This document shows positions 9,301-16,888 of a stretch of 64,000 nucleotides of DNA, piece after piece. Source of the DNA: Myxococcales bacterium (GTDB taxonomy: Bacteria; Myxococcota_A; Polyangia; Polyangiales; DASUME01); assembly GCA_047601445.1 (NCBI GenBank), contig JASGJH010000001.1:5440001-5504000 (forward strand). The letters run 5' to 3'. Both the position numbers and the translations under genes were made by a program. A model generated the notes under the pieces. The model did not search any database. It had not been told where the DNA came from and saw nothing but the letters and a program-made list of their open reading frames with translations. Positions within the stretch are counted from its first letter, which is position 1; each line of letters opens with the position of its first letter.

Positions 9301-10867
9301 CCTGGCCGCTCGCGCGAATCGAGCTGCGCAAGACCACGCCGTCAAGCATGGCTTGCACGCTCAAGCTCGGGATCTCGAGCTTCGGCGTGGTCAGGCGATC
9401 GACGCTGACTGCCACCTGTGCCTGCGGCGAGCCAACGCTGCCGGTGACGTTCAACTCGGCTACCACACGGTTGGCGCGCAGCGATTCGCCGAGCTTGGGC
9501 CCACCCACCACGAACTTGGCGTGCGTGCTCAAGTGGCCGTGTCGCGAGCGCGCGAACTGGAGTTCTCCGGTCAGTGCCCCTTGAAACGGTTGCCCGAGTA
9601 GCGTGCTCACGGCACCCAGAGAGATCGCTCTGGCCTTCAGGCTGGCGTAGGCCGCGCCGCTGTGCCTGTCATAGGTACCACTGCCCGTCAGCGAGCCACC
9701 GAGGTCGTTTAGCTCGAGCTGCTCCACATGCAGCGTCCTGCCGCGCAGATGGGCCTGCACGCGACCCGAGGGCAACACGCTGGCGCCCACGCTCCAGCGA
9801 TTCCAGCGCGCGTTCAGATGCTGTGCTCGGGCGCCGAACTGGTAGTCGGCGTGGATCTCTCCGCGCACGGCTTGAGCCGGGAGCTCACTCACCAGGGCCC
9901 CTAGAGATGCCGCCGAGAGGTCGAGCGAGCCGCTGATATGACGCGCTCGATAGTTCGCGCGCGCGCGCAGCACCGTCCCGCCACCGCGCAGACGGAGGTC
10001 GCCATGAATGGTCTCGTCTTTTCGGCGCAGCGATAGTCGCAGGTCGACACGGGCTTGGAGTCGTCGCCCCTCTGCCAGGCCCAGGCGCTGCAGCACGCGT
10101 CGATCGACCCCGCGCATCTCGAGGTGCACGCCATCGAGGGCCACGGGCTCCCAGCTGGCGTCCCAGGCAGCAAAACGCACCGACAGCTCGAAGGGAGCGT
10201 CCACCGCCGTACCCTGCAGTCGCAGTCCTCCGCCGCTCGCCGCGCGATAGCCTCCCTCGAGGTGCCCACGCAGCTGCTCGACGGTTCCTGCGAGCAGGCT
10301 CAGCTCGGCGCGCTGCACGAAGATATCGGGACCCTCCACGTACTTGAAGGCTCCCGTGAGTTGCGCGATGCGCGCCACGCGATCCTGCGTCCACACGCTG
10401 TCCACGCTCGAGCGCAGCAGCTCGACGTGCTCGAGCGTCACGCGCCAGTCGCTCTCCTCGTCGTCGGACTCTGCCCCGCCTTGCGCCGCGGTCGACGCAG
10501 ACTTCACCACGTGCCCGAATCTGACTTTGGCCCCCTCCAGCTTGGCCCACGAGAAGCGCACGTCTTGCTTCAGGAGCGCCCACGGTCGAAACGACACGCG
10601 TGTGCGCTCCACGGTGGCCGTCAAGCCGATCCAGGGGATGCTGACGTGGGAGTTGATCAGCTCGGCGCCCCAGGGGTCGAGCCTTTCCACCCGCTCGAAT
10701 CGAAGATCCACCTCCGCTTCGTCGTGCAGCACTTTGACCCCGTATGCGGCCAAGCGATCGCGCAGCGTAGGCACCTGGGTCGCCACCACCAACGCCGCCA
10801 CCACCAGCAGCACCAGGCCCACCACCAGGCCCACCGCGAACTTCGCCATGCGTCGCACCCAGCGCAT
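6389..10867 (-). CDS. tamB: Translocation and assembly module TamB/AsmA-like protein
   Basis: 1492 aa. N-terminal TM anchor, beta-strand-rich body, C-terminal TamB-type region (GNLKLLGKSFNIQRGTVRF...PQLDLRA). Start overlaps the upstream TamA stop (TGATG). Confidence 0.8.
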   Translation of the reverse strand: MRWVRRMAKFAVGLVVGLVLLVVAALVVATQVPTLRDRLAAYGVKVLHDEAEVDLRFERVERLDPWGAELINSHVSIPWIGLTATVERTRVSFRPWALLKQDVRFSWAKLEGAKVRFGHVVKSASTAAQGGAESDDEESDWRVTLEHVELLRSSVDSVWTQDRVARIAQLTGAFKYVEGPDIFVQRAELSLLAGTVEQLRGHLEGGYRAASGGGLRLQGTAVDAPFELSVRFAAWDASWEPVALDGVHLEMRGVDRRVLQRLGLAEGRRLQARVDLRLSLRRKDETIHGDLRLRGGGTVLRARANYRARHISGSLDLSAASLGALVSELPAQAVRGEIHADYQFGARAQHLNARWNRWSVGASVLPSGRVQAHLRGRTLHVEQLELNDLGGSLTGSGTYDRHSGAAYASLKARAISLGAVSTLLGQPFQGALTGELQFARSRHGHLSTHAKFVVGGPKLGESLRANRVVAELNVTGSVGSPQAQVAVSVDRLTTPKLEIPSLSVQAMLDGVVLRSSIRASGQDVEAHGVVHGTLSPWFSAKTFTTSLSAEFAGSVHGRSLSLLVPDIRYAAGAFAVRGLSLRSGRARLDANGLLGAHGELAFRLDTSDFALELLSPLLPGLAGALDGRAVISGDLEHPNVSLWLTAHHVQAADAPPLRGTLALDVNSGSRQASAQLSLRGGKGLVVDATAEYDWPAEPAALKDALLAGHGRLYVTANGPLSDLPPPMLPVAGALGDASVQASLNVEGNPLQPSGFLTVSLRDQTFGRPQVHAEALLTGNGATLELHATDFSHPEPQLEGRLDLALPVEGLAALQGLPPSVHMDLHWRIDALDALQGMLGKLVQASGLALPMQTAGAVTFVRENGSNKGSLQMTADARSSAFDTDCGAELQTSLIAQADLDDMRLRGSLSASTSRGGDAFFNLVLPSAWIWDWPDEPGSAQATLDGSAENLPLYAMPGLCNLNSGQAGFELAAVLPAGGPPDVDLNLRVEGLTTASSKPISGSATLRNDAHHAELALKIVTGGKERGSLQATLPLRFRGVRPGISLNSPLDMHLRVANLMVAPLLEFTSAVGRGGGTFSGDVRVTGSVRQPVPHGYLVFDDVAFTVASLAQPVRGIHGRVDFAGDTLTLTDVSARDRNGRLYLEGKAKLLPGGRAEAKLKLRAENVPVRRQGQIMGSATLGADLAAHLDQQSKLSVEAFVRSATFQFSGSTGKAVQELEPHPDVRMSDAPEQALSVERKQGESGFALQTLEIRSKQDLWLKHRDFRVQLGLDLALQNIKGKDVLVGEATIVQGNLKLLGKSFNIQRGTVRFLEDSDEPQLDLRASYEPPGGQSPLFVEVSGRASSPALNFSGAASDAEQAFAILSGMGAAEAAVTAQADANAFGLGLTAGLLSMTARERLGAWVPTVSVGSNSRGEASQARAGFDATSMIPPFLRGVARGAYVEGVVGNTQNGGPGGNVGLGVRFEIALPRSTMVTFGYGPGTMWSADVAWLP

Positions 10868-12987
10868 CAGAACGGCTCACCGATCGTGATGTGCACCGCA
10901 CCCTCGAAGTGCTTACCGAACACGTTGGTGGTGTCGTCCGAACCGGCCGCACCGCCCACGCGCTGCATGCGCGGCGGACGCCAGCCCACGTCGAAGCGCA
11001 GGGGACCTACCAGCGTGCGGTAGCGCAGGCCTCCTCCGACCGCCGTGTTGAGGTGCGAGAAGCGGAAGCTCGGTTGTTGGTGGACATCCCCCATGTCCGT
11101 GAACAACGCGACGGAGAAGCTGTGTGTGATGGGTACGCGCAGCTCGAGCGAGCTCTCCCAGCGCCGAATGCCGCCCGAAATGCCATCCCCGAGCAAGCCG
11201 GGCGCGAAGCCGCGGTTGCTCTGGGCGCCACCGCCGCGCAGACGATAGTTCTGCGGTCCCACGTCCTGGGATTCGTTGTCGAGCTTGGAGCCGGCCTTGA
11301 AGATGTGGATCCAGCCCACGGCGAAGCGGCCCGCCAACACCATGCCGAGACCGAGCGGCACGTAGGCGCGCGCATCGGGCGTCAGTCGCAGGTAATTCCA
11401 CGAGCGCGCGCTGACCTTGAAGGCCTCGTGGGCGCCGATGGCGAAGTAGGCACCGTAGTTGGGATTGGCGGCGTCGTCGCGTAGGTCGAGCACGGCGCGC
11501 TGCTCCACGTAGGGCAACTCGTAGCTCGAGGGCGCGCTGGTCACGATGGGCTGGCGTTTGCCGACTGCCATGTACTCCTGGTGCAGCGCGAGCACGGTCA
11601 TCAGGCGTTGCTTGAAGAAGCCGCGCTCGAGGCCCACCGAAGTGCCGAAGGAATTGCGGAAGAAGAGCAAGAAGGGATCGGGCCCGTTGTCCCAGAAGCT
11701 CGCCACGTGCAGGGTGGTGCGGGCCTCGGGCACGCCCGGCTGAGAGAAGTCCACGCGCAGCAGGTTGCCGAAGCGCGGGCTGTCCGGAGGCACACCGGGG
11801 AACTCGGAGAGGAAGATCAAGCGCGGGCGCTCCTCGATCCGCAGCCGTCGTAGTCCGCCGAAGAAATTGCGATTCTCGTAGCTCCCGATCAGGTGCAGGT
11901 CCCACTGCGGCACGCTCACCCACTCGGGCGCGATCCAGCCGGTGGAGAGCACACCGTTCATCATGCCTCCGCCCAACATCCACTGGCTTCCGCGCCGCGG
12001 CTCGACCTCGATCACGATGTCGATGTCATCACCTGGCTTGTCGAGATCGCCGCGCACGGTCACCGCGGAGAAGGCACTCAGGCCGTAGACCGAGCGCTGA
12101 GCGTCCTCGAGCGCGTCCTCGTCGTAGAGGCTGCCCGTCTTGAGGCGTGAAGCGGCCAGAATCGGCGCGTGCGGGATGTCGGCCCGGGTCTGGACCCGCA
12201 CCTTCCCGATGCGACACACATTGCCCGGGGTTACGTGCAGGGCCACGTCGGCCGCGTGGGCGTCGCGCTCGATCACCACTTCACCGCGCACGCTCGCGCG
12301 CGCGTAGCCCGCATCGCCCAAGATCTTGGTCACGCGCCCCTTGGCCTGGTCCCACAGTGCCTCGTCGAAGATCTGGCCCTTCTCGAGTTCCAAGGACTTG
12401 CGCACGCGCTTGCGCATCCTGTGCGGCACCGAATCGAGCCCCTCCCAGCGCAGCGCGCGGATCCGCACCGGCTCGTTCTCTTCGATGGTCACCGTGATCT
12501 GCGCCGGACAACCTCGACCTCCGCAGTCGGCCACTTCGGACTGCTCCACCCCCGCCGGCTCGTAGGACACGCCCGCGATGCGCATGTCGTAATAGCCGCG
12601 CGCCTGGTACCAACGCTCGATGCGCTGCAGGTCGAGCTTGAACACCGCCTCGTCGTAGGTGGGCCACGACGTCCATGGCCACGAGTACAGCCCCTTGGAG
12701 AGGCGCACACGGTCGAAGGGTGGCACGCCGCAGTCGGGCTCACGCACCGCCGTGAAGCCCAGCGTCACGCGCTTGCGCTGCTCCGTCACCAGGCAAGCGC
12801 GCAGCGCGCCCGGGTCGAGCTCCTCGACGCCGTGCAAGTTCAGACGCGCAACACCGTAGGTCTTCGGTGGAATCTTCGCGCAGCCCAGGCACAGGAGGAG
12901 AACGGCTAGCCATACGCGCGCGCAGCGTTCTCGCACTGAAGTCCACTCCCGCGGCACAGGCCGAATGCGGGAGGAGGAGCAACGCAC
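10867..12987 (-). CDS. tamA: Omp85-family outer membrane protein (TamA/BamA-like) with POTRA domains
   Basis: POTRA motifs (YQARGYY, LGDAGY), barrel motifs GGAQSNRGF, GGGLRYRTLVGPLRFDVG and terminal HITIGEPF. Lipobox LCLGC. True start may be GTG 12936. Confidence 0.85.
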   Translation of the reverse strand: MRCSSSRIRPVPREWTSVRERCARVWLAVLLLCLGCAKIPPKTYGVARLNLHGVEELDPGALRACLVTEQRKRVTLGFTAVREPDCGVPPFDRVRLSKGLYSWPWTSWPTYDEAVFKLDLQRIERWYQARGYYDMRIAGVSYEPAGVEQSEVADCGGRGCPAQITVTIEENEPVRIRALRWEGLDSVPHRMRKRVRKSLELEKGQIFDEALWDQAKGRVTKILGDAGYARASVRGEVVIERDAHAADVALHVTPGNVCRIGKVRVQTRADIPHAPILAASRLKTGSLYDEDALEDAQRSVYGLSAFSAVTVRGDLDKPGDDIDIVIEVEPRRGSQWMLGGGMMNGVLSTGWIAPEWVSVPQWDLHLIGSYENRNFFGGLRRLRIEERPRLIFLSEFPGVPPDSPRFGNLLRVDFSQPGVPEARTTLHVASFWDNGPDPFLLFFRNSFGTSVGLERGFFKQRLMTVLALHQEYMAVGKRQPIVTSAPSSYELPYVEQRAVLDLRDDAANPNYGAYFAIGAHEAFKVSARSWNYLRLTPDARAYVPLGLGMVLAGRFAVGWIHIFKAGSKLDNESQDVGPQNYRLRGGGAQSNRGFAPGLLGDGISGGIRRWESSLELRVPITHSFSVALFTDMGDVHQQPSFRFSHLNTAVGGGLRYRTLVGPLRFDVGWRPPRMQRVGGAAGSDDTTNVFGKHFEGAVHITIGEPF

Positions 12988-13097
12988 ATGCCAGCACGCA
13001 GCAGCCCACGAGCCAGCGACGCCAAGCTAGGACGGCAACACCCGAGTGGAGGCATGTGCGGGTTGCTTACGTCGATGTTGCGCGGGACGGTTAGTCG

Positions 13098-13964
13098 GTG
13101 GGGTGGAGAACGAAATACCGCGCGCGCTGGCCGCTGGTCGCGCTGTGTGTCGCCGTAGCTCCCGCCTGCTCGAAGATCGACAAGCCGCCGCCACCCGATA
13201 TGACCTCGCTGATCGAGTCCTATCGAGAACCTACGGGCGTCCTCAACGACGAGACCATCGGGCCTGCCTATGAGTCGCTGAACGCGACGTTCGGCTTCCT
13301 CAAGCCGATCTGCGGTTGGGACGACGACGTGCTCACCGAGGCCTGCCAGGCCGGCGGCAAGTGTTTCCTGTGCGACGGTCTGGACCCGATGAGCCAGGCG
13401 TTTACCTCGGTCTCGGAAAGCGACGAGGGCGCGCGCGAGCTCTCGAGCAAGATCTCGGGCATCGAAGGCTACATGAAGATGACCCGCATCTGTCCGGGCT
13501 TCGGGGCCGAGCCCACCCTGAACAAGGCCAACGGTGTCATCGACCTCACGATCGGCTTCACCAGCCGCGGCATCGACCCCGTGTTCGGCGGCACCATGAA
13601 CGAGTGCCAGGTCCTGATCAACGACGTACCGACGACCATGGACGGCGATATCTCGATCGCCTACGAGCGCAGCTTCTTCCTGGATGAGCTCGATGAGCTC
13701 GAGCCCATCGTCCGTTTTCGCGGCACCATCTCGAACTCGGGCGGCAGCGACGACTTCGACGCCAACTTGCAGTTCTCACCCGTGGAGGGCGCCAACTTCG
13801 CCGTGGTGTTCGACGTGCCCGACGAGGGTTCGTACAAGTTCGTCAACGGCGTGAGCGGTACCGGTATCGAGGCCGCCAACGGACGCTTTAGCTGCGTCTT
13901 CACGGGCCCCGAAGCGCAACCCATGATCTGCACGAACGTCGCCACCGGTGAGGTCGTGCAATGA
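13098..13964 (+). CDS. Hypothetical lipoprotein
   Basis: Signal peptide plus lipobox (APAC), GC3-biased codons, ATGA overlap with the next gene. Confidence 0.75.
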   Translation: MGWRTKYRARWPLVALCVAVAPACSKIDKPPPPDMTSLIESYREPTGVLNDETIGPAYESLNATFGFLKPICGWDDDVLTEACQAGGKCFLCDGLDPMSQAFTSVSESDEGARELSSKISGIEGYMKMTRICPGFGAEPTLNKANGVIDLTIGFTSRGIDPVFGGTMNECQVLINDVPTTMDGDISIAYERSFFLDELDELEPIVRFRGTISNSGGSDDFDANLQFSPVEGANFAVVFDVPDEGSYKFVNGVSGTGIEAANGRFSCVFTGPEAQPMICTNVATGEVVQ

Positions 13965-14788
13965 CGCTCCGCATTTGGGGCCTGCTCGTCGCCCTCCTGA
14001 TACTGGGCGAGAGCTCACAGGCCTCGGCCTACCATAGCGACCGCAAGCGCGTGGTGCAGAGCACGGCCTACTTGCTGAACAAGGGCGAGAAGATCGTGGG
14101 GCCGTTCCGCGTCGACTACGGCATCCTGGACAAGCTCCAGGTGGGAACCTACGTGGTTCCCTGGGCCTTCGTCATTCCGAATATTCAGTTCAAGATGCTG
14201 GTCTTCCAGAACGAGCATTGGGTCGTCTCGCTACGTCCCGGTCTCTTCTACGCGGACCTGGCCATTCCTCACAACCTCTACGGAATCGGGCCCGACAGCA
14301 CCGACCTCAAGCTCTGGCTCGTCCCCATCGAAGGCTACGTTTCACTGAACTTGCCGCGGCGGCTCACGCTCACGCTGGGCGGCGTGTACACCGCTGTCGC
14401 GGGACACGGCCACTACGATCCCGATGACTTCGACGGCACCGCAGCCGCCTCCAACGCCCAAGTCGGACTCGGGCTCGAGTGGCGTGTTAACCGCATCACC
14501 GCGCTCTATTTGGCGGGTCGCTACATCGCCTATCAAAACGCCAACGGCGTGGGTTCGGTCACGGTCGACGTCGACGACGCGACCACCGCCGACGTCACCG
14601 CCAAGGGAACCGCCAATGGCGCCGACGCGAGCAACGGCTATTCGGTGCAGGTGAGCGCCCTCTTTTCGTGGCGATATTTCAACCTGCGACTCGGCGTCGG
14701 CTACGGCAACTACAACGCACCAGGCCTGAACCTCGTGGTGCCGAAGCGTCTTCCGTTTCCTGTCTTCGATATCTTCTGGCGCTTCTGA
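13961..14788 (+). CDS. Putative outer-membrane beta-barrel protein
   Basis: Signal peptide (ASA-Y), alternating amphipathic strands, C-terminal DIFWRF beta-signal. Confidence 0.7.
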   Translation: MTLRIWGLLVALLILGESSQASAYHSDRKRVVQSTAYLLNKGEKIVGPFRVDYGILDKLQVGTYVVPWAFVIPNIQFKMLVFQNEHWVVSLRPGLFYADLAIPHNLYGIGPDSTDLKLWLVPIEGYVSLNLPRRLTLTLGGVYTAVAGHGHYDPDDFDGTAAASNAQVGLGLEWRVNRITALYLAGRYIAYQNANGVGSVTVDVDDATTADVTAKGTANGADASNGYSVQVSALFSWRYFNLRLGVGYGNYNAPGLNLVVPKRLPFPVFDIFWRF

Positions 14789-14893
14789 AGGGTGGCTGGC
14801 TGGGGCGCGGAGGAAGGCCACGGCGAGGCCTTGCGCCTCGTACCAAACTGAGAGTCCCACAACTAGATCCGCCAGGAAGCCTGCGATAAATTC

Positions 14894-15973
14894 GTGCGCA
14901 TGTCGTCCACCGCTGCGGAAGCGGTATCGTTCGCTGCCTATCGCGACTTCGTTCACTGGCAGTTGAAGCGCTTCGGTGCGTCGTCAGGTGCCCTCGATGA
15001 TCTCACGCAGGAAGTTTGGGTGGTCTCGCTCACGCGCAGCCCACGCCTGCTCGACGACACGGCCACGCGCGCCTGGCTGACCCAGGTGTGCCGTCGGGTG
15101 GTGGCGAGCGATTGGCGCTCACGGGCGCGCTCGCCGCTCTTGTACGGCCCGGCGCCGGAGATTCGGGTCGCACCCGAGCAAGTCGAGCGCATCGACGACG
15201 ACCAGCACGAACGGCAACGTCAGCTCGCGCTCGCGCGCCTGAGCGACGCCGAGATCGATCTGCTCACGCTCTACGGAGGCGGACAGCTCAGCATGCGCGA
15301 GGTGGCCGAGCTCGTGGGCGCACCCGAGCAGACGGTGTACTCCCAGTATCGCGCGGCGGTGGAGCGAGCCTCACGGGAGCTGCGCCGTCAAAGTCATGCG
15401 CAAGCCGATGCGTCCGCCGAGCTGAGTCTGGACGTTCCCGATGCGAAGGACCTCTGGGATAGCGACGAGGCCGCCGCCGACCAGGGCGAGTTCGTGTTCT
15501 ATCGCCGTGACGAGGAGCTCGGGCTGGGACGCCTCGGCAACGTGGTGCTGTGTCGCTGGCGGCGCCGCGCCTACGTGGAGAGCACGCGTGCACTCGAGGC
15601 CGCCATCCGCCTCGCCCATGCTCGCATGCAGCTCCCGGTGCTCCTGGTGAACGACCTCGACGCGGACATGCGTCTACCGAACGTCGACGAGCGCAAGGCT
15701 CTGCGCGAGCACATCCGCACCACCTCCGAGCTCGTGCCGCTGGTCGTCGACGTGATTGCCAACGCCACCCTGCGTCACATGATCAGCGCGGTCATCGGAG
15801 GCATCATGGTGTTCACGCGCTCGCCCACGTCCTTGGTCCTCGTCGGTACGGCCGAAGCGGCGAGCCAAGCGCTGGTCGGCCGAGCCCGCACCTCCCAGCG
15901 CGCGCTGGGGGTCGACGAGTTGGCTGGCGCGCTCGCGGCGCTGCACGATGCGGCCCCTCCGGCGCGGCCCTGA
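14894..15973 (+). CDS. ECF-type sigma-70 factor with a C-terminal STAS/SEC14-like extension
   Basis: Region 2 DDLTQEVW...RAWL, region 4 HTH LSMREVAELVGAPEQTVYSQ, followed by a ~170-aa alpha/beta domain. Confidence 0.75.
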   Translation: MRMSSTAAEAVSFAAYRDFVHWQLKRFGASSGALDDLTQEVWVVSLTRSPRLLDDTATRAWLTQVCRRVVASDWRSRARSPLLYGPAPEIRVAPEQVERIDDDQHERQRQLALARLSDAEIDLLTLYGGGQLSMREVAELVGAPEQTVYSQYRAAVERASRELRRQSHAQADASAELSLDVPDAKDLWDSDEAAADQGEFVFYRRDEELGLGRLGNVVLCRWRRRAYVESTRALEAAIRLAHARMQLPVLLVNDLDADMRLPNVDERKALREHIRTTSELVPLVVDVIANATLRHMISAVIGGIMVFTRSPTSLVLVGTAEAASQALVGRARTSQRALGVDELAGALAALHDAAPPARP

Positions 15974-16276
15974 GCGCCTGCTGGGTCCTGTGTCAGGGCC
16001 GCCGAGAGCCTCTCTATGGAGAGGGGAAGGCCGGCCCGCATCTGGTTAGACCGGTGGCCGGTGGGGCAGCCGACCTCTGGGGTCTCCTCGGGACCCGCTT
16101 GTGTGGCCTGCCGCACATCTCATGAAAATGCGATTTTTCTCGATCGAAACGCTCATAAATCCCGAAGGCCGCTCCCCACCATAAAGACACAAGCGACGAC
16201 GAACTTAGCTTCGCTGACTTGCTTAGAACGAGCTTCCCTTCCTGCTTCCTCTCCCTTAGCCAACAGGAGTTTGACC

Positions 16277-16468
16277 ATGAACGAGAACATGCTGGTTTCC
16301 CTCGACGACGCGGCTCTTGACGAAGTGAACGGCGGCCTCTCGCTGAGCCTTGGCGTGAACGACACCACCGTCGTCGGCGCGAGCGTGGATCTCAAGGATG
16401 GCATCGGCGCCAGCCTCACCCTGCTTGGCAAGAAGATCGGTTTCAAGCTCGGCATCAGCTTCGGTTGA
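16277..16468 (+). CDS. 63-aa double-glycine-leader peptide, copy 1
   Basis: RBS aggag 7 nt upstream of ATG. Leader MNENMLVSLDDAALDEVNGG, 43-aa core LSLSLGVNDTTVVGASVDLKDGIGASLTLLGKKIGFKLGISFG. Confidence 0.85.
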   Translation: MNENMLVSLDDAALDEVNGGLSLSLGVNDTTVVGASVDLKDGIGASLTLLGKKIGFKLGISFG

Positions 16469-16535
16469 TCGGCTCGGGTACTCGCTTCCCTGTCGTACTT
16501 TCCTGGTGCTTCCTCAACTTACTGGAGAATTGATC

Positions 16536-16727
16536 ATGAACGAAAACATGCTGGTTTCCCTTGACGACGCGGCTCTTGACGAAGTGAACGGCGGCCTCTC
16601 GCTGAGCCTCGGCGTGAACGACACCACCGTCGTCGGCGCGAGCTTGGACCTCAAGGACGGCATCGGCGCCAGCCTCACCCTGCTTGGCAAGAAGATCGGT
16701 TTCAAGCTCGGCATCAGCTTCGGTTGA
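16536..16727 (+). CDS. 63-aa double-glycine-leader peptide, copy 2
   Basis: RBS ggag. Identical to copy 1 apart from one V>L change and several synonymous changes. Confidence 0.85.
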   Translation: MNENMLVSLDDAALDEVNGGLSLSLGVNDTTVVGASLDLKDGIGASLTLLGKKIGFKLGISFG

Positions 16728-16745
16728 TCTCCTAGACTCCTGTCG

Positions 16746-16784
16746 GCAAAGACGCCGGGCCCCAAGGGCTCGGCGTTTTGCTTT
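16746..16784 (+). terminator. Intrinsic terminator after the peptide pair
   Basis: Stem gcaaagacgccgggccc / gggctcggcgttttgc, with a T-rich 3' arm and tail. Confidence 0.75.
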
Positions 16785-16888
16785 AAGCCGCCCAGGAACT
16801 GCTTCTAGAGCCGGCGCGAGAGAGAGATTCTCCTCACAGCCATGGCCAACCATGCGAGGCTAGCTACCGGTCTCGAACGGGGGTTGGG

